Assembly (NCBI GenBank): GCA_965649765.1
Contig: OZ287754.1
Coordinates: 36,828,001-36,892,000, forward strand
DNA length: 64,000 bases
Reading direction: 5' to 3'
Source of the DNA: Bispira polyomma
Taxonomy: Eukaryota
Shown here: positions 25,946-38,270 of the stretch, piece after piece
Layout: the number at the start of each line of letters is the position of its first letter
How positions within the stretch are numbered: position 1 is the first letter of the stretch
Notes under the pieces: model-generated
Database searches by the model: none
What the model was told of the DNA's origin: nothing
What the model saw: the letters and a program-made list of their open reading frames with translations, nothing else
Program-made: the position numbers and the translations under genes

Positions 25946-28900
25946 ATGAATATATTAAATTATCTGTTAATAGTGATTGTTATATGGGCACATCATAGCA
26001 ATATTATATGCAGCAATAATCTGGAACATAGGTCATTCATATACTGTTTGTGGACAAAGGAGCCTTCAAATGATCAGGGTGGTGTCATTCCTCTCACATT
26101 AAACTGTTCCAATAAGCCTGGCAGTGTTATCCACATAGTGAAGGCTCAATATATTGTAAAACACATAGGTGAAACAGAACACTGCAAAGAACAGTTAACA
26201 TTGGATCATATTCTTGAAGATGACCGGGCATATGGCTGGACAGCTGATTTATCATACAACATGGATGTGCTTGAGAAATTGGTTTTACAATGTGATAACA
26301 AAAGTGTTTGTTCACTGGAATTGAAAAGACACTATTTCGACCTGAAAGAGTCACCCACTTGTGATTTTCAGTCGTGTCAACCAGAGGCATCAGGTGGCAT
26401 GGTGTGGACAGGATATGTGAACATTGACTACCTTTGTCTTTCCAAATGTAAGTGATTGCAATGCTATCGTATCCACTAGAGCATGTGTCTGCTAATATTA
26501 TAGTGTAAGATTAAACTGTAACGATAACCAAAGAATTCATGAAATATACCACAACAGAAAGCAACTTAAATAGGTGTATCACAGTTCTAAGTTTGGGTAT
26601 TTGTATTACATCAAAAACAATACCCTATAGTGTATTGTTGTAGTTTTAATTGATGATCAAACTTTACCCAAATTAAATTTTCGCCACTAAAGTTAACTTC
26701 TTGTCAACGTATATGGTCATGAATGGGTTAATAATTATGTCTTATATAAAAACATATCCTATATATGTTAGTTTATCAATCACAGGTCCAAGTTGTGAAG
26801 GCCACAGCATAACCTCCAACACAACTGACGTCTCACAGGATGACGTGATACAAGATGACGTCACAAGTTGTGGTGAGAGATTTAAATCTGTTAGGTCATT
26901 ATGTACCAAAAAAAAAACCCATTACGATTCAAGATACATTTGAACTCTGAGACTTGGTATATTTGTAAAGCATTTGTTATTAAAATTTGATAACAAAAAT
27001 GGCTATAAATAGCAGGTTGGTGTGTTTGTGGATAACATATGACACATCTTTAAAGTGTATATGACTTAAAGGTCGGCAGTAATGCTGTGGTCACGCTGGG
27101 CTTAAGTTTTGATTACACACAAAAAACGTAAGGTAAAACGTAATAAAACGTAAGCAGAACGTAGTGTACTTAAGTAAAGTAAGCATGCATGAGTAAGATG
27201 GTCCCTTGATGTCCGGTTTTTTTTTAAAGGTAAAAAATTTTCGACCTGCTCGAAATTACTTTGTGGCCATTTTCCTGAAAAGGTTGGTGCATGTACTCAA
27301 TGGCAGGGATAGCAGCATAACAAACTATACATCCAAATAATAACTAGAAACGAGGAGAACAAGAACGAAAGAGGTTTAGAAATGTGGAAACGGATTTTAA
27401 AGCAGGGCTAATGACACAAACATAATTGAAACGGCTATTAAAAACGTGCGAAATGCGTGTACAAACGTGTACAGAACATGATATTTTGCTACATTTCCCC
27501 GATTTTCACTTTGTTTTACTATCGTTTTGTTATGGTCTGGTCACACCTACACATGTTAACGTCCCTCAACGTACCCAAGCAATATTCAATGAAAACGTGG
27601 TAGTTTCGTGTCAAAGTAACGTCATTTCAATAAAGGAGTAGTCGATTGTGACATTTTGTAACGTTTCATGATGATGTTGGTACTTATACGCACGGAGCAG
27701 GGCAAAAAACGGGCCCTTTACTGGTAGGATATCACTACCTACTACTATGTAGAGCTACTGTAGTGCTACTTACTGGTGCGTTCTGCTGTGTTCTGCTACC
27801 TAGTAAAACAAGTGGAGACAATACGACTACTAACTGGGACTTCCTCGCTACCTACTACTAAGTAGAGCTACTTACTGATACGTCTATGCTACTTTCGGAA
27901 ACGTTCAAGGATGCACAGTGAAACTGGGAGAAACGGGAGCAGTGACTGTAGTGCAAAGTAACTAGAAATGTGAACGATGTAGATGAAGCGAATGCAACCT
28001 ATTTAAAATGAGGAGAACAAGGTCGAAACATGTTTAGAAACGTGGCAAACTTATTTAAAATGTGGCTAACATATTTTAAAATGTGGCTAATGCTACAAAC
28101 ATAATTGAAATGACTATTAAAACGTGTTGAATGTATGTACAAACGTGTACAGAACGTGTACAAAACGGCCCACACATTTATTTTTTGTTACATTTCCCGA
28201 ATTTCAATTCGTTTATTTCTGTTTGCTTACATTTAAAATGAAGCAAGCGTAAACATGAACATGCTCAGTGTGACCACCGCATAAAATACTGAAAAATCTT
28301 ACAACAGCTCAAAACAGCTGTGCCTTTATTATCAATCTACATTTAAAAAGTGAGCATAATATTTAGTTAGTATAAGAACTCAATGTAATTATATTTTGTC
28401 AAACGTTAAAATCAATGTTAATTTATTTCTGATGACTGAAGACAGTGAGACCAGCACACAAGACAACCCAGAAACTGGTGACAAGATCATTTTAGCCATT
28501 GCTGTGCCCAGTAGTTTCCTTGTTGGCTGTTTGACTATGTTCTTGTGTGTGAAGTATGTGGTATAGTATCAGCTGAGTCATACTGAACGCTAGGTATAAC
28601 AGAAGATGTATATGAGCAGAAGTGTCAAAGTTGAGCGCTGGTTTTGTATTATTTTGATATCTTAGTGGCATGAAATGCAATTCAATCAAATATTTTTAAA
28701 CAATCCTTACAAATTGTATCTATTGTTTTAAAGATTATAACGCGCCATTAATTTGTCATTTTATTTATTTTATCCCAGGTTTTTTAATAGTGTTCAATGA
28801 ATTTTGTCTAATATTATATTTGCAATATACATAACAATATTTATTGAGAATATAGATGCTAGGTATTATCATGCATACGTTTTTGTAGATTATGCAGACC

Positions 28901-29738
28901 AAAGCGAACTGATACTGTGAGATATAGGACTCAGATAATAGATTCCAAAGGATGCAATGTACCTATCAATAAGCAGGTGGCATTACAAGGCCAATACGAT
29001 GACGTCGAAGAATCAAAAATGAATGTAGAGGTTGAAGAGAAAGCTACACCACGCAAAAGGGCAATGGTGAGAGAAACATATGAATCAGTGATGATAAACA
29101 TCTCTGAAACTTCAAGTGGAGTCAATGGTCTGACAACATCCAGTGGTAAAGAGGTTAAAACTTCAATAAATAGAAGTCTGACATGTGTGTCAAGTGAAGG
29201 GCATAGCAATGATGTTGTGACCAAGACAAATATTGACCAGAAGGATGCTTTGGATGGTAATACTATGGTTGATGAAAATGCTTACCTTGTACTGCAAAAC
29301 GAAGAAGCTGCAGAGAAAGATTGTAAGATGGTTGAAAACAGTTACTACTCCACGGTTGATACTATTACACCTCACAAGAAGTATCATGGGCCAGAGATTG
29401 TTAACGAATCCATGCAGTCTTTAGAAAGAACAAGTAGTGATGAAGCATATGTTAGTGGATCAGTGAAACTGTGTGGTGAAGGAAGTCATCTTGATACCTA
29501 TGTTAATGAATCTGTGCAGCATGTTGGTAAAGCAGTCCACACCACTCATACTAATGATTCTAAGCAGTCTGATGGGATAACAGATGATATTAGGCAAGCT
29601 GTTGAAAAACCCAGCATTAAGGATGCAGGAACGAGCCACCTGCAATCTCGTGCAGCAGACTCTGTGCAGTCGGCCAAGGCACATGTCAGAGACAACTGTT
29701 ATGAACATGTAGAAACTTACGATGAAACAAACTTTTGA
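25946..29738 (+). CDS. SUEL-lectin-like type I membrane receptor, paralog 3 (intact, ~516 aa, Tyr-motif-rich tail)
   Basis: Exons 25946-26447, 26786-26872, 28442-28553 (TM IILAIAVPSSFLVGCLTMFLCV) and 28889-29738 join in frame (1551 nt). Domain: LNC...VIHIVKAQY...CDNKSVCS...YVNIDYLC. Tail: YDDV, YESV, YLVL, SYYSTV, YVN, YEHV. Confidence 0.85.
27083..28281. mobile_element. Non-autonomous PIF/Harbinger-like element in intron 2 of paralog 3
   Basis: TIRs TGCTGTGGTCACGCTGGGC / GCTCAGTGTGACCACCGCA flanked by TAA on both sides; internal duplications. Confidence 0.75.
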
Positions 29739-31656
29739 AATTTGCATCCACGGGGCACCAAGTCTACTGATAAACAAGGAAAGAATAAGACAATAAAAGA
29801 CAGTGTAAACCCTATTAACTCTAACCCCCAACAATTTATATATGGATTATAAATGTATTACTATTGTTCTACAATGATAAATAGTATATTTTTAAGTGTT
29901 TTGTCATTTGTTTCCTGTAGAGCTAGATGTGTAGAATTAAAAAATAAAGAAGACGCATTTGGCATATTGTTAGCACTGTTTTGGCTAAGTTTATTTTAGT
30001 CAAAAATAACAAAATATACTACAACATTACAATTATGTCATTTAACAACAATTAGTTTTATCATTCTATCCTAAATATTTCACTTTTTTTAAATAGAGCT
30101 TTATAATATTTCACATCATAATGGTTCATATTTTAAATATTCTTTTCATTTCTGTCTTGATAAATAAATGTAATATTTAGTACTACTATAATCTTTGACT
30201 CGGGTGTTACAATGTACTGTGCTATCTGTAAGGTTGCACAAAGTAAACATATTTTTTTATAAGGCACATAACTGTTTGATCATTTAGTCTACTGGGTTGG
30301 ATATGCAAATATTGCCAATATTTAGAATGCTATGTCAAGCCTTTATTCTCTTTATTATAAGATTAACTAGAAACTCCTGGTGAACCCAGTGTGTAAAACG
30401 GTTAAACTAAAGATAATCTAATAACATTTCCAACTTGATAAAGAGTGTTGCCGTTTTAATTTCACAAACCCAATTTTGCCAAATAGTGGGATATATTTGT
30501 AACAAGATCAAAAATGGGATATATTTGTAACAAGATCAAAAATGTCTTATATTGTATCAATATAGTCCCCCTTAAGATATTTTTTAAACCCTACAAGCCT
30601 AGCTAAAATCAGACAGTAATAGACTTCAGTCAACAGTTGTTAAAAAAATGTATTAGTAGAACTACATTGTAAAAACAAGCCCATATTAATACTATAATAA
30701 CACAACCATACTAAGACCTAGAAAACTATCTTGCCTCCAAGCATATCGAATATACTGAGTTGTAAACAGCGCTTAATATGTGCTAGCTATGTGAATAATT
30801 CCCTATCTCCTATTAAGAGATATATCCCTCAAGGAAGTATTTCTAATAAACCATTTATGATTCCACAACGGGAAGTAATCCTTTTTCTTATAAGTAGCAG
30901 GTATTTGTCAATAAGAATAACCCCTCCCATACACATGCCTGTTGAATTCTGTTAGGGCAGAAGTGTTGTAGGATGCAGACTATGCAAGGACCATTATGTC
31001 ATACAATCCAAATGTCACATGTTACTGTACTGATACCGCACAGTAAAGGTTACAACTCATATTATTTGTAACTGGAATTTAGTTTTGTTCTGTTGATGTA
31101 CTGGGATACTACAAAAAACTGGTCTATTTGGATACGTTAAAGGCTCTAGTTTGATATACCTCTATACCTTCTCAGTTTTTTTTTTATTATTTGCATAATA
31201 TTTTTTATAGACAATGCCACAACTGTTTTGTCATATAGTGGTGACTCAGAAAAGACATTGTTGAATAAAACCGGGTATTTACCTTCTGCCGTTATATTAG
31301 CTCTGCACTGAACTATGAAGATACTCAGTATAGGAGGCAACATCGTATAAGGGAAACGGAGTTTGAGAAATATTGTGAATCATTTTAGAATTTTTGAGAA
31401 AAAACACTGGAATAAACTAATATTACAATGTTTGTTGGGACACAATTCTTACTATTCAAGCTTATTATGCAAAGGGACTTGTGGTAGGTCTGTGGTTTAC
31501 AGTGCTTCAGCACCTGTTCCACCATTGGATTTGAAAACAACGTGAAACACAACTAAATATTAGCCAAAAAAGCACAATTGAAATTTATAGTGAAAAAAGC
31601 TAAACACTACACTGTTGACTGAAGCTAGGGCTAGTTTAATAGCCTCAATTTCAAAG

Positions 31657-34600
31657 ATGAGGACAACCACAATCTCAGTGTTATTTCTCTGTATATTTAG
31701 TCATCTTTCCACATATCATATACAAAAGGAGACATATTGGCTGTGTTTTGATATCTTTGTTACCAGTCCTGAAGCCATGAATGCCACACTACTGTGTTCA
31801 GATGGCTACATGGAAATCATAGACATTCAATATGTACGTCCCCTTCAAGTGGGTGACAGTGTATGTACAAATAGAACTTATAACTATCTGGAATGCTGCC
31901 AAACATGGAGGGCAGACCATGTGCAATGCATTGTACAGCAAGACTGGTCGATGTTAAAAGAAAACTGTGAACATCAGAGTGAATGCAGCATTTCACTGGA
32001 GCCCCTGAATATGTATGCAGAGTGTGAAGCGTCATGTTCTGACAACAGCACTGATCCTGTTTGCTGGAGTAGAGGTGTACAAATCACTTATGTGTGTTAT
32101 AGCATAGATTTAGGTATGTCTATATTGATCATCTAATGGGTTTACTTTTAGTTTGGATTTAACGCCACTTTTAACATGTTTTTGTTTCATATCGGGACAG
32201 ACAGGTCACTGGTGGAGGAAATAGGAATAGGATGGTTGGTCAAGGTTTTGCTCTGTAGTTTTATCATTTAAGTTTTTTTTATCAAGTATTTCTTGTACAA
32301 CAGTTCAATTGGAAACATTCATAATATTGAAAGGTGTGACAGTAACATTAAGCAATACCAATTTGTAAAACATTGAACCAGCATATTAGTCTGGACGAAG
32401 TAATGTTAAACTGGTGCGCAATCAAATCTATTAATTGGATACCTTTATAAATAAACTTTCTTTTAATGGTATATCCATTGATTCTGCTCTACACTTGATG
32501 TGTTTTAGATTAGTTCGGGATTAACTTCCCTTTCAATATGCCATGTGTCATACCATGACAGAGTAGGGTGGATGGTCAAGCTTTTCTGCTCTCTAAACCA
32601 CCATCCTTCAGCCTACAGTGGATCTACCACCAACTTTCCCACATACATACCAGGGACAAGATACAAACCCATACAGCACAAATTTACTTTTATAGGGTTT
32701 TTAATGTAGAACACAATTCTACCATATCACACTGAGCCTATTATAATATTACATCTATATATAATACCTATAGATTGTGTGTATCAGATATAACCACACC
32801 AGGCACAGCAACAGAAGATACTGACCCAGATAGCACAGTACCTGCGAGTACCACCTCTGATACCACAGTACCCGAGAATAGAAGCCTTATACAGAATAAT
32901 TGTGAATGTTCTGCTGAGTTGAACAGGAGCTCCATACTGCAGAAACCTGAACTTATTACAATAGGTCAGTTAAAATGATGATAAATTCAAGAACAACCAA
33001 TTGGATATAATCAATTACACCCGATTCAAAGATTGTTGGTCAGTTCCAGTTATTTAATGAAGCCATGTACCACATGAATCTAAAATAGGTGTCAGGAAGC
33101 TTAGTATCATCTAATGTAAAAGTTGTTCATCATATTATGAAAGAGTGAAAGTGGTGACAAATAAAGTTTATAAAGGCCTTAAATAATACAAAATTCAATT
33201 CAAGTATGATGTTAGAAAACACTCTTTTACATTTTTCTTAAACAAGTGTATTTACATTTTTATGGTTACTTTTCATATGTAATTAGTGGTAACTCTGAAA
33301 AAGTTAATTCCTTCCCTTCAGAACTTGAATACGGTTTGTATTTTCTAAGGGTTGCAAATGGCTCATACAATAATCTGTGCATAGTAGCATGCATACTCCA
33401 CCAAGGCGCTTTCAGAGCCAAAAATAAATCCTGGATCTGCCCTTTTACCTGGATCTGTTCCATAATAGAGGGACTTCTTCCTTGGCCCATACCCGAGCCT
33501 TCCATGACATTCCATGTAAATTGGTTCACTAGTCCTGTGACAAACAAACCTATTGGATAGGGGTGAAAACAACCTCCTTGGTTTAATATTTTGACGGATT
33601 CACAAAGTCCTAGATATGACAGATTAGATTGTTATTATACCTGTGGCCCTGTTACAAATAACTGTTTAGTAAGTGGTAATACTACCGTGTGTCTAAACCC
33701 TAGGACAGTTTAGAAGATTGTATTGTGACTATAGCTGGTCAAATACCTATTTGGTGGATGTATTTTGATGATATTGATAGTAATTTTCTTGTAAGAAGTT
33801 ACAATGGTAAAACTTTAGCTATTTTCAATATAACGCCCACTTCGTATTGAGCCGAATCTGAATACACATATTTGTCAATTTAAATCAGACATTGTGTAAA
33901 TTTTAGATTCGGTTGAGAAATTTGTCTAGAAATTAGAAAAAAAGGATTGTGCATATTTTATATAGCCCAATATTTAGATCTGGTTTTCGATTAAGTTACA
34001 GTGAGAATGCTTAAAATACATCTCAACGGTATCCATATTTCCAGATTTGGCTGAATGTAAATCAGCCATTACACCATACAGCATCATACATAAACCTGGC
34101 CTTTCTCTGATATTTATACAGAATGGCTCACCATACTGGCTGCAGTCTCCTCCGTGTGTTTTGCTATTGGAGTGACCATTGGCTGGTCGTGTACCAGGTT
34201 AGTTATATTTTGTACTCTTTCTCTGAAGGCGCCTCAATGGAAAAGTGTTAACACATTTGCCTCACACCTCTGCTGTCATGGGTTCAAACCTCGGTCCTGT
34301 CATTTTGTTGCATAGTTTAGAGTAAATTTACTGAAGGTGGATGGTTTGCGGAGCAGAAAACCTTGACCAAGCGCCCTGTTGTTATTTCATCCACTGGTGA
34401 ACTGTGATAGAAGACAAGTTAAAAGTGACGGTAAACCGAAAATAAAGTCTTTCTCTGAAGACAAAGTCTTTCTCTAAAAACAAAGGCTTTCTCTGAGGAC
34501 AAAAGGATTCCAACTTTCATTTGACAGAGGTGCATCTAAAAATCCAACCAAAGAAAGGATTTTGTTTATTAGATTTGGTTCTTAATCCACTCATTATATG

Positions 34601-35693
34601 CACAAAATGTCTTGTGTATTTTGTTCACAGTAAAACTCCTTCAAGTAGAACTCTATTAAATCCTTCAGCTTTTATGTGGAGAAACATGTGTTGTCCTACA
34701 CTGGTCTTTTTCTTTGCAATCTACCCTGTTAAATGAAAATCCTGCTTAAGTAATACTATTTCTCCTGATCCCTCGAGCATAGACTCAAAAGGGGGCGTTC
34801 GAACTGTATTTCACATTTGCTGGCAGGTAAGCTTTCATAGAGCAACCGATCCCATTGCAAGGGTGTTTATGGTATGGTACTAATCATTTTTATGACAAAA
34901 ATTATCATTCTGTAACAAATTTAATGTAAGTTTTGTTTGTGAATTTGTTATCTAATCATTTCTATGTGCAATCTAGTAGTGCAACTACATACTAGTACAT
35001 GTATATACAAATATGGATCATAATCATCTGTACAGCTGTACAGTTCTTACTAGTGTAACTACATCCTAGTACATGTATAAGCAAATATGAATCATAATCA
35101 TCTGCACAGGTCTTACTAGTGTAACTACATCCTAGTACATGTAAAACCAAATATGGATCATAATCATCTGCACAGTTCTTACTAGTGTAACTATATCCTA
35201 GTACATGTATATCCAAAATTATGGATCATAATCATCTGCACAGTTCTTACTCATTTCTCACTGAGTTGGTACATGCTTGTAGGACTTTTATCATGTTTAT
35301 ACTTGACGTGTGTCTGTTGAACATTTATGTTTTTAATTTTATTTCTAAACTGTATTTGGTAGGTTACATTTGTACTGTGAGAAGCATAGGGGAATGGATA
35401 AAAACCTGACAGAAACACAAGAGGTTTTTGTGGTGGAAGAAGTAAATACAAGCAAAGATATAGAAGTTGGAGAGGAGAAACAACATTGCAATACAGTTGA
35501 AAATGACGAAAATGGAACAGTTACTACCTTAGATGATACTAGTATTTTGCATGAGGGAAGGGACACCCAGGAATACAACTTTGAGGGGGAAAATAACGGC
35601 ACAGAAATGTCAACTGAAGACAGTTCACAAGATGCTATTGTAACCGGAAGTTTAACTGAAGCTACTGCAAATACACACAATGTCTGTTCATAA
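31657..35693 (+). CDS. SUEL-lectin-like type I membrane receptor, paralog 4 (intact, ~346 aa, acidic tail lacking YxxPhi motifs)
   Basis: Exons 31657-32113, 32788-32964 (S/T-rich stalk), 34122-34197 (TM) and 35363-35693 join in frame (1041 nt). Domain: LLCSDGYMEIIDIQYVRP...ECCQ...CEHQSECS...CWSRGVQITYVC. Confidence 0.83.
34228..34446 (+). mobile_element. tRNA-derived SINE (Meta/V-SINE-like), decayed
   Basis: tRNA-like head with a GGTTCAAACC B-box and a tail ending aaaagtgacggtaaac. Related inverted fragments lie near 9410-9625, 32150-32250 and 32505-32670. Confidence 0.55.
34972..35250. repeat. ~60-bp tandem repeat in intron 3 of paralog 4
   Basis: ctagtgtaactacatcctagtacatgtat...atatggatcataatcatctgcacagttctta, about 4.5 copies. 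Confidence 0.85.
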
Positions 35694-36879
35694 TGTACCT
35701 AGGCATGCAAGATATACTTGGCTTTACTTTATGGTATTCTAGAACCCATACAGTGACATAGAATTCTACTGAAGATAAAATAAGAACTCTCTCTGTGTGA
35801 TATAGTTGTGCTTGATAAATGCATGGTTTGTTTCTAGGAGCTAATATATAGATAATGGACGAGTAGCACTACATTATGCATAGTTAATGGCTTTATAGGT
35901 GTGAAATACCACTTAAAGTGGAAATTGCACTATTTTTTTGTTCAGTGGAATTAATTTGAACTCCTTTGCCACCGATGGAAAGTAATATATAATACCATTG
36001 GAGAAAACTTTGACCCACTTCCACAATGTTACAGATGACGTTTTTGCTACTACTTATTACCTCCCAAATTAAAACATATATTTAATTTTATGTTAAAAGC
36101 ACTGTACCATATAGATTGTATTCCTGTGTGCTGAGGGAGCTATATAATAATATTAAAGACTGCTGACCAACGGACATTGCACTGGTGAATAGAAATGGGG
36201 TTAAATACTCACTGAGAATTAATTTTTAACATCCCAACTCCTTAGTAATAATAGATAAACTTCTTAGTAATTCTAAATGAAAATTGCCACTTATCCAGTA
36301 TATTATGCAAGTATTATAAATTTGTAACATATTACTATGCCAACTGCCGTTAATTATTTTTGTATTCTGGTGCTACATGTGATACATAATGTAAATATCC
36401 CTAGTGATAATCTATTTATCTTTTAGTTTTCTCCAACATTTGTATTAAAAATGCTTTTATTCAAAGATCAGCTTAAACATTGGAGTTGTACTTTAATAAG
36501 AATGACAGTTTTAACATTAATCTATATATAGCAGACACTGATTTAATTTTTTTAACATTAAGTATCGTTTAAGTTACATCTTACTTTTCATCCTTGTCTG
36601 CCTTTAAATTCAAATAGGTAAAATTTCAAAACCTTCAAACTCCACCAGTAAAAAGATGTCACTTTGTCACAAAAATTTACCATTTTACCTTAACTACTTT
36701 CTGACTTAGACATTATTGCTTGACCCATATTGGTGTAGGGGGCCTTACATCTTGTATAAAGCTATAGATGATGAAACATTGTTCTTACATTGATATATTT
36801 CTTTTTACTACTTTGAGTTTTTTCTGAATCAATTCTTCATATTATAGTTTGTTGTAGTTGGTGGCTAGTGTTCTCTCCT

Positions 36880-37248
36880 GCAGCCGTATTCTAGAAAAAA
36901 AACTTAAGGTTAACATCAGACTCGAGCTCAAATCTGAGATTTTGACTCAGCTAAGTTTTTGCTCAATTTGGTATTCTCAAACACATTTTGACTCAAGCTT
37001 AGTCGTTATTTTTTCTCAGCTCAGACGCAGTTCTAGTGGAATTATTATTACTGTTGAGTCAAAGTACAACCTTGCTCAACTTTCAGCTTAAGTCGACCAT
37101 AAATCTCAGCTTAAAATATTGGAGAATAAAAACTAAGTTGAGATTTAATCTCTGCTAAAATTTAAGTGTGTCACCAAGGCAACTGAGCAAAAACTCAGAG
37201 TTGAGTCTGATTTTAAACTTCTTAACTTTTTTTCGAGAATGTGGCCGC
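36880..37248. mobile_element. MITE with ~28-45-bp imperfect TIRs
   Basis: gcagccgtattctagaaaaaaaacttaag / cttaactttttttcgagaatgtggccgc. Confidence 0.65.
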
Positions 37249-38018
37249 TAATGTCTTTAATAGTAAAGACTCTTGTATCTTGTTGTCTAAAACATGCGTT
37301 TTCTAAGATAAATACTTTAAACTAAATAATTGTTTTCAGTTCACACTAAAATTTGCTATATTAATCCACTTCATTTTTCACATTGACATTCTTTTGCAAG
37401 TCATTTGAAACTCTAAGTATGTTCAAATGTAGACTTGTTACAGGAGCCTGGTGTATGCCAGTATATACAAGCACATAATGAGACAGTTTCCTCAACAAGC
37501 CAAGGAGATCATAATGTACTCCATTATACTAGAAATCTGGGGGAAGTTACAAACTAAAACACCAAATTTTACACATATGCCCTTTGGAGCCTTGAAATCT
37601 CTATGTGAATCCATTCGCTGTACTAATGATGTGGATAATTCCACTATAAAAAGTTCACTTCATTTAGTATTTGATATTTTCTTTCTGCCATAATACTATA
37701 GAAGTGCTTAAACCAACATTGATTCAAGAATATAACTATTGTAAGTTATGATTTGCTTTATTGATATTTTAATAACAAATTCACCATATAACATAACAAC
37801 TTTATCATTGTTATAAAACATATATCCCATTTCTACAACATGCATTATATGTATTTCTTAGCCAACCTATGTAGATTAATACTGTTACAACATGACATTA
37901 AACCCTATAAATCCCTTATAGAACTATTGATGCAGGCGATAAAATATCAAATCAGTGTTTTATTCATAAAAATATACAAGTGAACTGAAAGACATGCATC
38001 AAATACTTTACTGTAGAT

Positions 38019-38270
38019 ACTACACAGGTGAATGGTATCACATTACTCACATATACTCTACACAGGTGAATGGTATCACACTACTCACATATACTCTACA
38101 CAGGTGAATGGTATCACACTACTCACATATACTCTACACAGGTGAATGGTATCACACAAATCACATATACTCTACACAGGTGAATAATAATAATCATCTT
38201 TATTCTCGTATACATGAAACATGATACAGAACAAATTTGTATGGTATCACACTACTCGCATATACTCTGC
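38019..38270. repeat. ~38-bp minisatellite (ctacacaggtgaatggtatcacactactcacatatact)
   Basis: More than 4 tandem copies plus decayed copies. Confidence 0.85.

Noticed and set aside
37451-37740. Possible Ngaro gag/YR relic
   Set aside because: The resemblance is too weak and fragmentary to support without a search
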